IMG/VR virus record: IMGVR_UViG_3300045973_000169
Coordinates: 124,001 to 188,000 of that record
DNA length: 64,000 nucleotides
Reading direction: 5' to 3' (one strand)
Shown piece by piece: positions 6,441 to 16,941 of this stretch. The notes beneath the pieces were generated by a model. It was not told the origin of the DNA. It made no database searches and saw only the letters and a program-made list of their open reading frames with translations. The position numbers and the translations under genes are program-made. Position 1 is the stretch's first letter, and each line of letters begins with the position of its first letter.

Positions 6441-9400
6441 TTAAACAGTATATCCTATTGCATGATAAGCGCCATCTGATGTAAAGGTTATTGTCCCTTG
6501 AACTAATGTGTCTTGGACTTTCCCTGCATTAGCAGCAGATAATAGAACTATCACGTCTCCAATATCTATAATACCACTTGGGGCTGGTATTCCACTAACT
6601 ATTGGAGCAACATCCATTTTAGCCCATGTAGGGTTTAAAGCAACTGTAAAGTCGCCAGACCCTGAAGAAGCAGCAGTAGTTAATGTCAAATTTGTCTCAA
6701 GTCCAGTAATTAATCCGTCCCCATCTAAGTCACCTGTTGATACAGAAGGACCTCCTGGATATAGAGTAGTTATTAAATTATCTGATGCTGTTCCATAGTG
6801 GTATAGAGATTTTATTGTTACCCCTGGAGTTATTCTTACTACTTGTCCTGATGTAACATTAAATCTTCTCCAGAATGCTCCACTGCTATAAGGTAAAGAT
6901 GATATTACAATTGCAGAACCATTAACTGTTATAGTAGGTGCTGGTGCTCCTTGACTCCATTCTACATAAAATTGATTTACTGGCCTTCCAACTGGTTGTT
7001 TATTTTTGGTAATTAATTCCATTAGTGTTGCTATATTATATCCATTAAGAGTAGTAGCTTCTACATTCCCTCTTACGGTAGCATTGTTAAATTCTACTGA
7101 TCCATCAGGAGATATTCTAAATCCTTTTCCACCACCACCTGATACAAAGTCAACACTTTGTATAGTACCTGCATTTATTAATGTTGCATTTAATGTTCCT
7201 GATTCAATTAAATCTGCATTTACTTTAGCAGATATAACTGCATTTGCTCCAACTGTCCCAGTAAAGATAAAATTACTTCCTATAGTTGTACTTAGCCCTC
7301 TTGTCCCGAGAAAACTAACCAATGACGATGTTGTTACTCCATCAACCAATGCAGGTCCTTGCACCTTTACCCAATTATAATAAGCTTTATTGTTAGTATT
7401 ACCAGTCCCTTCAGCTTCAGTAGATGAATAAGACCCTAAGTAAATACTATCAGCTTGAGGAGTAGTAGTCATCCCTGTACCATCAGCATTAGCAGAGTAT
7501 CTTACATGTAAGAATACTGTAGCTCCTGTTAGTCCATTTGTTCCATCTTTACCAGGTTTCAATCCTATCATAGACATGATATCTGTTGCAATGACTACTG
7601 CTCCTACAGAACCTTCTCTTATCTCAAGCACTAATTGCTGTGGCATCGAAATATAGTTTACCTGTGGAGTATATACATATGTATTAGATGTTGTATGTTG
7701 TTTTTCTACCCCATTGACAAGGAATCTATAATAGACTGTTCCTGATGTATTATAAGCAGTTGCAGTTACTGTTGCAGTAGATGGTAGTGGGGTAAGACCT
7801 GTATCAGCTAAGTAAGAAAATACCTGTGATGTAGTTGATAGTCCTACTGTTTTCCCTGGAGCACCTGTATTGCCAGTTAAGCCTGTTCTGCTTTTTGATA
7901 TTGAATATATTTTATCTATATTCGTTCCCTTATAATTTGCTCTAAATGTTACATATCCTGTATCTGTAGGGACTAATGTTATATTGTAAACACCGGTTGT
8001 AGCATTTATATTTGCAGAAATAGTAGGAGTTCCTACTATTGAATAGGTTGTAGGTCCAGCAACTCCAGTTTTATCTACTACTCCTTCAAATACAGAGAAT
8101 GTACCACCAGTACCTGCAAGACTTGGTACTGTCCCATCCATCATTGCTGCTACTACTACAGATTCATTTGTTAGGAAACCTGTTACAGCAGAAGCCCCTG
8201 TTGCGCCAGTAGAACCTTTTATTGCAAATGGTGCACCCCAAATTCCAGAAGTTGCATTAGCAGCAACTTTCTGACTCATCCATATAACGGCTGCTGTTGG
8301 GGCTGTATGCCATCCTCCAGTTGTACCATCTCCAGTTGGGATTGAAGGTGGGCTTAATAATGCATTGTCATTATAAGTTATATAAACATTAAGACCATCT
8401 ATTCCATTCGTACCATTAGTCCCATCATTCCCATCAGCGACCATTAATACCCAAGAAACACCATCCCAAAGATAAACTAAACCATTATCAGTATCCTTAT
8501 AGACCCAGTTAACTGCTGGATTAGCTGGTGGATTAGCTGACTCACCTTTCCAAACGATACTTAATCCGTTAGTCCCATTTGTTCCATTGGCTCCATTGAC
8601 TCCATCTACGGTCATTTGATACCAAGTGCCAGATTGATATACATAACTCTTTTTAGTAGTTGTGTTATAGTAAGCCCAGCCATTAGATGGTAACGTAGGA
8701 GCTGTTGCGAATGATCCCCTAAATTCAATAGAAGTACCATTTACTCCTGCTGCTCCATTAATACCATCAGTTCCATCGGTTCCTGCATAACCAATAGGGT
8801 ATGCAGTTGTACTATTCCATGTAGCTACCGATGTTGCAGTAGTTAGTAAATCAGACACTGATACTGAGATCCCATATAATGTCCAACCTGGTGTTGCTGC
8901 TCCAGGTACTAAAGCCCATCCATTCGGAGTAGTAGGAGCTGTAAAAGCTCCAGTTGCCCAAGTATATTGTGATGTACCTGCTGGATAAGTTGTAGGTGCA
9001 CTAGGAGCCCATTTATAAATCTCTAGAACTCCTACCCTTTGTCCATTAGCTCCATTTGAACCATTTGCTCCTGCAGCGCCTGAAACAAAAGCAGTTGTTG
9101 TATTCCATAATATATCAGTAAATGCTGTTGTAAGTGTATCTGCGTAAACAGTATAACATACCCATAGTGTCTGTCCTGCAACAGGAGGTAAAGGAATAGC
9201 TGACCAACCATTTAGAGTAGCTGGAGAAGTGAACTGTCCTGTACTCCAAGTATAGCGAGATGTTCCAGTAGGAAATGTTGTAGGAGTTGTTGCAGACCAT
9301 TTGTACAGTTCAAGTATAGCTGTTCTTGTTCCATTAACTCCATTGGTACCGTTAGTCCCATTTACTCCATCTACTCCTCTTATTGCAAAAGGGACACTCC

Positions 9401-12400
9401 ATGTTCCTGTAGTCGCAGATGATGATACCTTTTGGCTCATCCAATTAACTGCGGTAGTTGGGTTAGTGTGCCATCCAGCCCATGTCCCATCACCTGTAGG
9501 AGTAGCTGGATAAGCATTTAGAGGACTATCATTATAAGTTATGAATACACTTAACCCATCTGTCCCATTGGTCCCGTCGATTCCATCATTCCCATCTAAG
9601 ACCATTAAAGCCCATGCTGTACCATTCCAGATATAAACTAATCCATTGTCTGTATCTCTATAAACCCAATTCAAAACTGGGTTAGCAGGAGGATTAGCAG
9701 ATTCACCTTTCCAAACAATCGAAAGTCCATTAGTTCCATTAGTCCCGTTAGCCCCAGCTATACCATCAACAGTCATTTGGTACCATGCACCAGATTGGTA
9801 AACATAGCTTTTCTTATCTGTTGTATTGTAATAAGCCCAACCATTTGAAGGTGAGGCAGGAGCAATAGAAAAAGAACCCTTGAATTCGATTGATGTCCCG
9901 TTAACACCAACAGCACCATTAACTCCATTTGTACCATTAGTACCGGAAGCTCCCTTGATAACAAAAGGTGTTCCCCAAGTTCCAGAAGAAGAATCTAATG
10001 CAACTTTCTGACTCATCCAATTAACTGATGTTGTTGATGAAGTATGCCAACCACCTGTTGTCCCACTTGCAGTAGGTAATGCAGGAGGAGCTGTTATAGC
10101 ATTGTCATGATAGGTAATAAATACACTAAGACCATTCGATCCAGGTAATCCATTTGTTCCATCAATACCGTCATTACCATCAACAACCATTACATCCCAA
10201 GTGGTGCCATTATAAATATATACCCAACCATTAACTGTATTCTTATATACCCAATTTATAGATGGTGATATCGGAGGAGCAGCTAATTCACCTCTCCATG
10301 AAATACTTAGTCCATTCGATCCTGGAGTTCCATTAGTACCATTTATTCCGTTCGATACAAATAAAGTTGGGGTAGACCATACAGCTTCTTGTGGAGCTAA
10401 TCCATCAGATGTAAACTTTCTTGATGTTACATATATTGGGTTTGTCCCTGAAGGGATTCCATTAGTCCAGCCTGTAGCTACTGGATTGGAGAATGATCCT
10501 CCGGTTGGAGTGCTTGGAGTAGATGGATATCTTAAGAAAGAATATCCAGTCATTACTATTTGTTGTCTTGCTCCAGAAGATAATGCATTCTGTGTCTCAG
10601 TGGTTAAGTTAGACCAAGAGATAACTGCATTTGCTCCCATTGTTACCTTATCTCCAACTACTAATTCCCCAGCTTTTATATTAGCAGCAGTGATACTATT
10701 AGCAGCAATCTCATTAGCTGTTATTGCACCTACTCCTATTTTCCCTGCAGTCACTGATCCAGCAGCTAACTCAGTAGAAGAAATAGAACCTGCAGCAATC
10801 TCTCTTGCAGTGATAGAGTCAACAGTTAATTTATCCCCAGTTATACTATTAGCAGATATTCTATCTGCAGATATGACTCCTGTCTTTAAGTCACTAGCAT
10901 CAAGCTTACCTCTAATAGTTAATGTATTGGCAGTAGTTACACCCCAATCAATTCTGTTATTTAGGTCAGTACCTGAGAAGTAAAATTTACCAGTGTTATC
11001 TAAGTAATTCTTCCATACACCATTCTCAATAAAACCTATCATTCTATTGTTTGCAAATAGCCCTGACCCTAGATAAGATGGCGAAGCCAATATTGAAGGA
11101 GGTGTTATACCAGACCCAAAAGAGTTCCCTAATATAGAATTAGTGCTAGATGTAGTATCAGGGAGTAAGCCATATTGCCATACTTCACATGTAGATATGT
11201 TATGTCCTACTATAGGACTTGTTGTTATCTTTCCAATAACTGCACAGTTTGCATCCATTTGAAATTGGATCCATTGGTTGCTATTATTGTCATATTGCCA
11301 AGACATCCCAGAAACTTTTTGAACAAATACCATATTAACTGGAGATCCAGAAACAACAAATCTATTTGCGAAACTAAGATCTATTAATATATATCCAGTA
11401 ACATTCTGTTTACTTGTAAACACAGGGGCTTTAGGGATATTATATTCTACATTAAGATCTTGACCATTATTCGAACCATATAGGATCTTACCACTTACAT
11501 CTGCTGGTGCTCCAGCACTATCGAATCCATGGATATAAGCTTGCCCTAGTTGAGGAGTTGTATAGTTAATATAATTCTTTTTAATAGCGATTCTTTGTAT
11601 AGTGCTTGAAGGAATATCACTTAGTGTATTATAACCAATTCCTCCAGCAATAGTAAGTTGACCTTTTATATCTAGTGAGCCAGTGCTTTCTCTATAAGTA
11701 ATACTATTTCCAGCAGGGTCACCAAGACTGAAACTATTTAATCCATTAATATCTTTCCCTAAGAAGAAGCCTTTCCCAGTATTGAAGGCTGTCTGTCCGG
11801 ACATTATACTATTACCAGATGCCAGAGATAGATTCCCTACTAAGTTTATTGAACTCCCATCCCATGTAAATCTATTCCCAGCAGAATCTCCTATAGAGAA
11901 CCTAGGGACTCCTGAGATCATTCCTAACCAGAATCCTTGCCCAACGTTGAATGCACTTTGTCCTGATCTTAAGTAACTATTATTTCCTAATATTGTTAAT
12001 GGTCCAGTTTCTATTTCTCCAGCGTTACCACCGATAGAAGATAGAGTTGAACTTGTAGTACATATAATAGGAGCTGAGTAAGCTGAATAGTTCCCAGTTC
12101 TATCAAACGATCTTACATATATATAGTAACTTGTCTTAGGCATTAACCTAATCAAAGCTGAGTTCTTTATAACAATAGCAACTCTTGTAGTCGTATTAAT
12201 AGGAGGTCCAATATCAGTTTTAGCATATACTTCATATCCAGCTAAGTCACTAGCATTTACATCATCCCAATTGATTAAGGCATCTGATAGACCAGCAGAT
12301 TGAGTCACGTTTTGTGGAATCCCAGGAGCAGTAGTATCATTATTAATACTACGTGGCATAGCAGTACACCATGCAGATGCATTCCCTTGTTTACTTACAG

Positions 12401-12953
12401 ACATTACTTTTATATTCCAAGTAGTATTTGGTAGTAGATTAGAGAATGTATATGAAGGTAATGCTGTACTATATTGTTGAGTAATAGCTGGGCCACTAGT
12501 GCTTGCTATTTGCACAATGAATCTATCAAATGCAGGGAAAGAACCACTTATCCCATCCCATGTAGCTGTGAATGAATAAAGATTTATCTGACCATTATAT
12601 TGTTGTGTATTAGCAGATAGAGATAGATTAGTTGGGACTGGTGGAGTGATACCATCTTCTGATCTTACAAATCCAGTAACTAAACTAGCCATATTTTCTT
12701 CATCTATTAATGTTACATAGTCAGATGAATTACCAATATTTCTCTTTTTAAACTTAAGAATATTCCAATTAAGATCATACCAAAGAGACCCAGTTGCAAA
12801 ACCAGTTGGCATTGAGTATGACTTATGTGAATTAGTTATGTCTAGCAGTATTGCATCTAACTTATCAAAGTTACTATTGATAGGCAGATCCCATGTACCA
12901 CTATATTCTCCTCTAAAAGGAGTTTCTAAATTGTAGTTAGGAGTAAATGACAT
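6441..12953 (-). CDS. Giant tail fibre / receptor-binding protein (FN3 domains, pentapeptide-like repeats, collagen-like linkers, dockerin-like tip)
   Basis: Two FN3-like units (PPVPTNL..., DTTAPGIPQNV...YYIYVRSFDRTGNYSAYS), ITAxxIAAxS repeats, G-x-N-G triplets, tandem duplicated modules. Confidence 0.85.
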   Translation of the reverse strand: MSFTPNYNLETPFRGEYSGTWDLPINSNFDKLDAILLDITNSHKSYSMPTGFATGSLWYDLNWNILKFKKRNIGNSSDYVTLIDEENMASLVTGFVRSEDGITPPVPTNLSLSANTQQYNGQINLYSFTATWDGISGSFPAFDRFIVQIASTSGPAITQQYSTALPSYTFSNLLPNTTWNIKVMSVSKQGNASAWCTAMPRSINNDTTAPGIPQNVTQSAGLSDALINWDDVNASDLAGYEVYAKTDIGPPINTTTRVAIVIKNSALIRLMPKTSYYIYVRSFDRTGNYSAYSAPIICTTSSTLSSIGGNAGEIETGPLTILGNNSYLRSGQSAFNVGQGFWLGMISGVPRFSIGDSAGNRFTWDGSSINLVGNLSLASGNSIMSGQTAFNTGKGFFLGKDINGLNSFSLGDPAGNSITYRESTGSLDIKGQLTIAGGIGYNTLSDIPSSTIQRIAIKKNYINYTTPQLGQAYIHGFDSAGAPADVSGKILYGSNNGQDLNVEYNIPKAPVFTSKQNVTGYILIDLSFANRFVVSGSPVNMVFVQKVSGMSWQYDNNSNQWIQFQMDANCAVIGKITTSPIVGHNISTCEVWQYGLLPDTTSSTNSILGNSFGSGITPPSILASPSYLGSGLFANNRMIGFIENGVWKNYLDNTGKFYFSGTDLNNRIDWGVTTANTLTIRGKLDASDLKTGVISADRISANSITGDKLTVDSITAREIAAGSISSTELAAGSVTAGKIGVGAITANEIAANSITAANIKAGELVVGDKVTMGANAVISWSNLTTETQNALSSGARQQIVMTGYSFLRYPSTPSTPTGGSFSNPVATGWTNGIPSGTNPIYVTSRKFTSDGLAPQEAVWSTPTLFVSNGINGTNGTPGSNGLSISWRGELAAPPISPSINWVYKNTVNGWVYIYNGTTWDVMVVDGNDGIDGTNGLPGSNGLSVFITYHDNAITAPPALPTASGTTGGWHTSSTTSVNWMSQKVALDSSSGTWGTPFVIKGASGTNGTNGVNGAVGVNGTSIEFKGSFSIAPASPSNGWAYYNTTDKKSYVYQSGAWYQMTVDGIAGANGTNGTNGLSIVWKGESANPPANPVLNWVYRDTDNGLVYIWNGTAWALMVLDGNDGIDGTNGTDGLSVFITYNDSPLNAYPATPTGDGTWAGWHTNPTTAVNWMSQKVSSSATTGTWSVPFAIRGVDGVNGTNGTNGVNGTRTAILELYKWSATTPTTFPTGTSRYTWSTGQFTSPATLNGWSAIPLPPVAGQTLWVCYTVYADTLTTAFTDILWNTTTAFVSGAAGANGSNGANGQRVGVLEIYKWAPSAPTTYPAGTSQYTWATGAFTAPTTPNGWALVPGAATPGWTLYGISVSVSDLLTTATSVATWNSTTAYPIGYAGTDGTDGINGAAGVNGTSIEFRGSFATAPTLPSNGWAYYNTTTKKSYVYQSGTWYQMTVDGVNGANGTNGTNGLSIVWKGESANPPANPAVNWVYKDTDNGLVYLWDGVSWVLMVADGNDGTNGTNGIDGLNVYITYNDNALLSPPSIPTGDGTTGGWHTAPTAAVIWMSQKVAANATSGIWGAPFAIKGSTGATGASAVTGFLTNESVVVAAMMDGTVPSLAGTGGTFSVFEGVVDKTGVAGPTTYSIVGTPTISANINATTGVYNITLVPTDTGYVTFRANYKGTNIDKIYSISKSRTGLTGNTGAPGKTVGLSTTSQVFSYLADTGLTPLPSTATVTATAYNTSGTVYYRFLVNGVEKQHTTSNTYVYTPQVNYISMPQQLVLEIREGSVGAVVIATDIMSMIGLKPGKDGTNGLTGATVFLHVRYSANADGTGMTTTPQADSIYLGSYSSTEAEGTGNTNNKAYYNWVKVQGPALVDGVTTSSLVSFLGTRGLSTTIGSNFIFTGTVGANAVISAKVNADLIESGTLNATLINAGTIQSVDFVSGGGGKGFRISPDGSVEFNNATVRGNVEATTLNGYNIATLMELITKNKQPVGRPVNQFYVEWSQGAPAPTITVNGSAIVISSLPYSSGAFWRRFNVTSGQVVRITPGVTIKSLYHYGTASDNLITTLYPGGPSVSTGDLDGDGLITGLETNLTLTTAASSGSGDFTVALNPTWAKMDVAPIVSGIPAPSGIIDIGDVIVLLSAANAGKVQDTLVQGTITFTSDGAYHAIGYTV
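8210..10320 (-). repeat. In-frame modular repeats inside the tail fibre
   Basis: Three copies of GLSI.W.GE...NWVY...ITY.D...GWHT...WMSQKV, two of GTSIEF.GSF...GWAYYNTT...WYQMTVDG, two of LE.YKW...GTS.YTW.TG.FT; boundaries approximate. Confidence 0.85.
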
Positions 12954-12964
12954 ATTGGGCTCTC

Positions 12965-14032
12965 TTAGTTAGTATGTTTAAATAGAAAATAAAATCTACA
13001 AAATGCTGGCATATTAAGATGGGCCCAGCCACGAGTTTCAAATTCTTTTGTAGCTAAAATTGACCCTGACCCACCTTGTTTTGAGTCTGCATCATAAGGG
13101 AATGTTCCTAATAATGCCCCGGCCCCATATCGTACCTGGTCATCTCCTTGGTATGAGTGACTATGTGATGGTAGTTCTGCTGCTGTTAATACATGATAGT
13201 TTTCACCACTTCTATGGTGATCACCTTCTACAAAATTAACAGAACCAGATCTATGAACAGGGTCTCCATAATATGCACCAGTAGGAAATCTATTAACCAT
13301 ATTGACGCCTACGGAACTCCCACTTTCATCAATGTGGATTGGAGCATTTGGTCCACCTGTATATCCATTAAGGACTCTCCACTTTAAAAATGCTCCTTTG
13401 CCTATTCCATTAGCATCGAAAAGATCTTCATATTTATTACCAGTTAATCCTAAATCATACCACATTATAACTGACCCAATAGGGAATCCATCCATTGCTT
13501 CAAGTTTTGCTTTTTCTGTAGGTGTAAGTAATCCTGAATGTTGTGATGTAGCATTGCCTATAGCAATATTTGGTGTAGTTGTAGATGTTGTAATTGTTAC
13601 TGCAGGTGTATCTGATGTTACATTATAAACAGTTCCCTTAGCAGCTAATAGTCCATTAAGAACTGCATTAGTTGGCAAGTCATTTAACTTAGTCCAATGA
13701 GCACTCGACATTGATCCTGGAATAGTTGCAGAAGAAGCATCAATCCCAATTATAGGAGCCGTTATAGTCCCTGTCTTTGTTATAGGAGCAGTTGCAGTTA
13801 AACTTAAAATACCATTGGTTTCAGCTATCAAAGTTGAAACAACATCAAAGTGTGTCTTTGACATAAACCCATGGTTAGTTGAACTAGCTAATGGGTGGCA
13901 TAAAGATGAGGCTCCTCCACCTCCATGAACATTTATATGAGCATCGAGATAGCTTCTTATCTCTTCAATATGTATTTTTCTTATACGTGTAATTAATGCC
14001 TGTATTGGCTCTTGAGTCCATGTTAATGCCAT
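12965..14032 (-). CDS. Tail fibre/baseplate protein with collar-like C-terminal domain
   Basis: A-S/T-x-x-x-x-G-x-M-S fibre repeats; PIGSVIMW...NRFPTGA...GENYHVLTAAELPSHSH...HLNMP collar-type signature. Confidence 0.7.
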   Translation of the reverse strand: MALTWTQEPIQALITRIRKIHIEEIRSYLDAHINVHGGGGASSLCHPLASSTNHGFMSKTHFDVVSTLIAETNGILSLTATAPITKTGTITAPIIGIDASSATIPGSMSSAHWTKLNDLPTNAVLNGLLAAKGTVYNVTSDTPAVTITTSTTTPNIAIGNATSQHSGLLTPTEKAKLEAMDGFPIGSVIMWYDLGLTGNKYEDLFDANGIGKGAFLKWRVLNGYTGGPNAPIHIDESGSSVGVNMVNRFPTGAYYGDPVHRSGSVNFVEGDHHRSGENYHVLTAAELPSHSHSYQGDDQVRYGAGALLGTFPYDADSKQGGSGSILATKEFETRGWAHLNMPAFCRFYFLFKHTN

Positions 14033-14043
14033 CTCAAAACTCC

Positions 14044-15654
14044 TTATATACTAAATTCTATTATTGTTGAAGTTGATGCATCAAGGTTTTTTGAAAGTAT
14101 ATCATTAACCTTTTTTATATAATTACTACTATAATCATCAGGAGTTATAATAGTACCCTGTTTTGTGTATCTTATAAGCCCATTTGAAATTGGTTTTTGT
14201 AAATTAACACATGCAACTAATGTATCATTTGTTGGGATAATGACATCTCCATTTATAATATCATTATATACTACATCAATGTTTGCTTTACATGCATTAT
14301 TCTTATCAATTATTTTATTACCGTAAGCTGATAATTCAATGAACTCACTACTGTTATTAAAAGTATATGGATTGATTGTCGTTAATATTGCTACAGTGAA
14401 ATAATTATTAACTACTGCATCAAATTCATAATCTTCTATTGTCCTGAATACATTTAAGTCAGTAGAATTATATCCTATCAAAGCATGTGATATTGACTTC
14501 CCTGTATCTATAACATTAGGCTTAATGTAAATAGCAACATAGTCAACATTATTATTAAATATATTCTTAATATCAATCCCTTTATACTCAAAGTAATACT
14601 CATCTGTATAGTGGGATGAATAGACTACATCTGTTTCTAATAATTTAATTGGTAATTCAATAACTCCATCAATATTAAAATTATTAATTAATGAATATAG
14701 AACTCCATCCTTATATTCTGTCCCACTCAATACTTCATTAGATGTAAATGCATACTTAAGAATCTTTGTATAGAAATCATACACATAAATAAAGATATTT
14801 TCTAATGCATTCTTAGCTATTGGGTATTGAGTTTGAATGAAGTTTTCTAATAATTTCTTACATTTCTTATCACTTATCTTCTTATATCTAAAGTCAGTAT
14901 CAAGATCTTGGAGATAAAACTCTGGGACCCAATACTTATATTTTGAACTAAGAGTAAAGCTTGAATTCAATATACCTACATACCAAGGATTGTCTAAATT
15001 GCCATAAGGGTATCTAAATAATTTAGTATCAGATAGATATGCTATATATAATTCTTTATCGTAAGAGGTCGAGATTATATCATTTATATAAATATACTTC
15101 TTAGTATCAAGAGTTTTATTTAAAACATTTATCCAAGAAGATTCTTCATACACTGGAATCAAACTTAAAAGAACTTTCTTTACACTATTCAAAGTAGAAG
15201 TATATTCTAAGAAAAGAATCTTATTTTGTTTATTAATATAGATGTTTGTTATATCCTGCTGTTTATCTACTATATATAAATCTTTACTAATTACAGCTCC
15301 AAAGAAGTCAATGATCTTTATAGCATCATCTTCTACGGCTTCACTTATTATATGCTTATAAAACAAAGGAACTGTTGTCCCATCGATAGCTGAATACTTT
15401 ACTACATCTGTAATAATGAATGTATCACTCTTTGGATTATGTATCTCGGGCCCATTAACGATTTCATAGCCACCAGATAGGAACTCTTTAGGAAAGTATC
15501 CAGATGAAGCACTTATAAAATCAGATGGGAATAAGTCAATAGAATTATCTTTATGATATATTAATGGGATAGAAGATGTTGGTATCTCAAACCCCTCTCT
15601 TATAAAAGATAATTTTATATTATTAGTAGTTGGAATCTCTAAGTCGAATCTCAT
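14044..15654 (-). CDS. Putative baseplate/structural protein
   Basis: 536-aa ORF in the baseplate block; no recognised motif. Confidence 0.55.
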   Translation of the reverse strand: MRFDLEIPTTNNIKLSFIREGFEIPTSSIPLIYHKDNSIDLFPSDFISASSGYFPKEFLSGGYEIVNGPEIHNPKSDTFIITDVVKYSAIDGTTVPLFYKHIISEAVEDDAIKIIDFFGAVISKDLYIVDKQQDITNIYINKQNKILFLEYTSTLNSVKKVLLSLIPVYEESSWINVLNKTLDTKKYIYINDIISTSYDKELYIAYLSDTKLFRYPYGNLDNPWYVGILNSSFTLSSKYKYWVPEFYLQDLDTDFRYKKISDKKCKKLLENFIQTQYPIAKNALENIFIYVYDFYTKILKYAFTSNEVLSGTEYKDGVLYSLINNFNIDGVIELPIKLLETDVVYSSHYTDEYYFEYKGIDIKNIFNNNVDYVAIYIKPNVIDTGKSISHALIGYNSTDLNVFRTIEDYEFDAVVNNYFTVAILTTINPYTFNNSSEFIELSAYGNKIIDKNNACKANIDVVYNDIINGDVIIPTNDTLVACVNLQKPISNGLIRYTKQGTIITPDDYSSNYIKKVNDILSKNLDASTSTIIEFSI

Positions 15655-15663
15655 AAGGCTCTC

Positions 15664-16929
15664 TTAATTATCGTAAACTGCGACATGTTCTGATGCATCG
15701 ACAGGGACAGGTAAATTTACTAGTCCTAGGATGTCATAAATTAGATCTAAGAAGCCATAGTTCCCACCAAGGACAATATACCTTTTTGGATTTCCTTCGC
15801 CTACAGCGACCTCTGAGGTGTCTTGAATATAGAAGATATCTCCTCTTATAGATCCATTCACTCCGCCAGCAGAAAATAGATTTGTGAGATACTTCATTGT
15901 TGCTGAACTGTTTTCAGTATCATATATAATGCATTGGTTCGGTGGTATTAGTGTATTGAGTGTTTCATTATGCATATGGAATGGCTTATACATGATAGCA
16001 TATTGGTTATACTTTGTTAATAGTGGTGATTGAACTGTAAAATAAGTTGACTTAATATCATGGGTATCAGTAACAGGAGTATAAGTAATAGGCATCCTTG
16101 TTCCTGAGTTGAGCCAATAAGCTCCACCATTATCACCAACTGATTCCCAGTTAGCATTTAGTATAAAGCATTTAGGTTGCCCTGTAGTAAAATCATATGA
16201 ATGACCAATACAATATTCACACGTTCTTCTTTCACAGGTTTGTGAACCAGATGCAGACGATGAATATATACATGGAGTCTTTATAGTCCAGTATGAATTA
16301 TTCTCTAATGGGAGTGCATAAGCTTTATTATAAATCCCATCATAAATATTTGGGTCAGCAGCATACATAGACTTAATTGAGAATGATATAGAAGGAGATG
16401 CTTTCTTAATCTTGAGGTATCTAATAGTTCCGGTGATAGGCAACGAAACCCATTTATAAGTTCCACCAGTATCAGGTAAATCTACCCAAGTATTGGCTAA
16501 CCCATTTAGGTTAAATACTTGCCCTGCTCCATTATAATAAACTCCAAACTCATATCCATTATAAGCATTGACTGGGATACCTACATTAATAAGATCAGTT
16601 GGGAAATCTAATATCCCTGTTGTAGAATTATATGCAGTAGCATCAAGTCCCCATACCATATCTATAAATTGGAGAGATGGTATTAAATTCATTGGTTTAT
16701 ATAACTTATCTGTTCTGCCTATAGCACTAGAGATATTAAAAAGCATTTTTCTATTTTCATCTTTAGTGACATGATAGTCAACGCCATTCCCTAGGAAAGA
16801 CTCTAGCATAGAGAATGCAGTTTCTAACTGTGCAAATGTCCCACTAAATTTAGTAGGAGAAGGATTCTCTGCAGTTAAGAATCTAGTTTGCTTAGGTAAG
16901 AATTGTGGGAATAATTGTGTTTCTGACAT
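15664..16929 (-). CDS. Putative structural protein with Cys cluster
   Basis: 421-aa ORF with GGAG RBS; PC...CERRTCEYC...C cluster. Confidence 0.55.
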   Translation of the reverse strand: MSETQLFPQFLPKQTRFLTAENPSPTKFSGTFAQLETAFSMLESFLGNGVDYHVTKDENRKMLFNISSAIGRTDKLYKPMNLIPSLQFIDMVWGLDATAYNSTTGILDFPTDLINVGIPVNAYNGYEFGVYYNGAGQVFNLNGLANTWVDLPDTGGTYKWVSLPITGTIRYLKIKKASPSISFSIKSMYAADPNIYDGIYNKAYALPLENNSYWTIKTPCIYSSSASGSQTCERRTCEYCIGHSYDFTTGQPKCFILNANWESVGDNGGAYWLNSGTRMPITYTPVTDTHDIKSTYFTVQSPLLTKYNQYAIMYKPFHMHNETLNTLIPPNQCIIYDTENSSATMKYLTNLFSAGGVNGSIRGDIFYIQDTSEVAVGEGNPKRYIVLGGNYGFLDLIYDILGLVNLPVPVDASEHVAVYDN

Positions 16930-16941
16930 TCTATCTCTCCG

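Noticed and set aside
8210-10320. Diversity-generating retroelement template/variable repeats in the tail fibre
   Set aside because: Repeats are in-frame coding modules whose differences are not adenine-specific, and no reverse transcriptase is present in the window.
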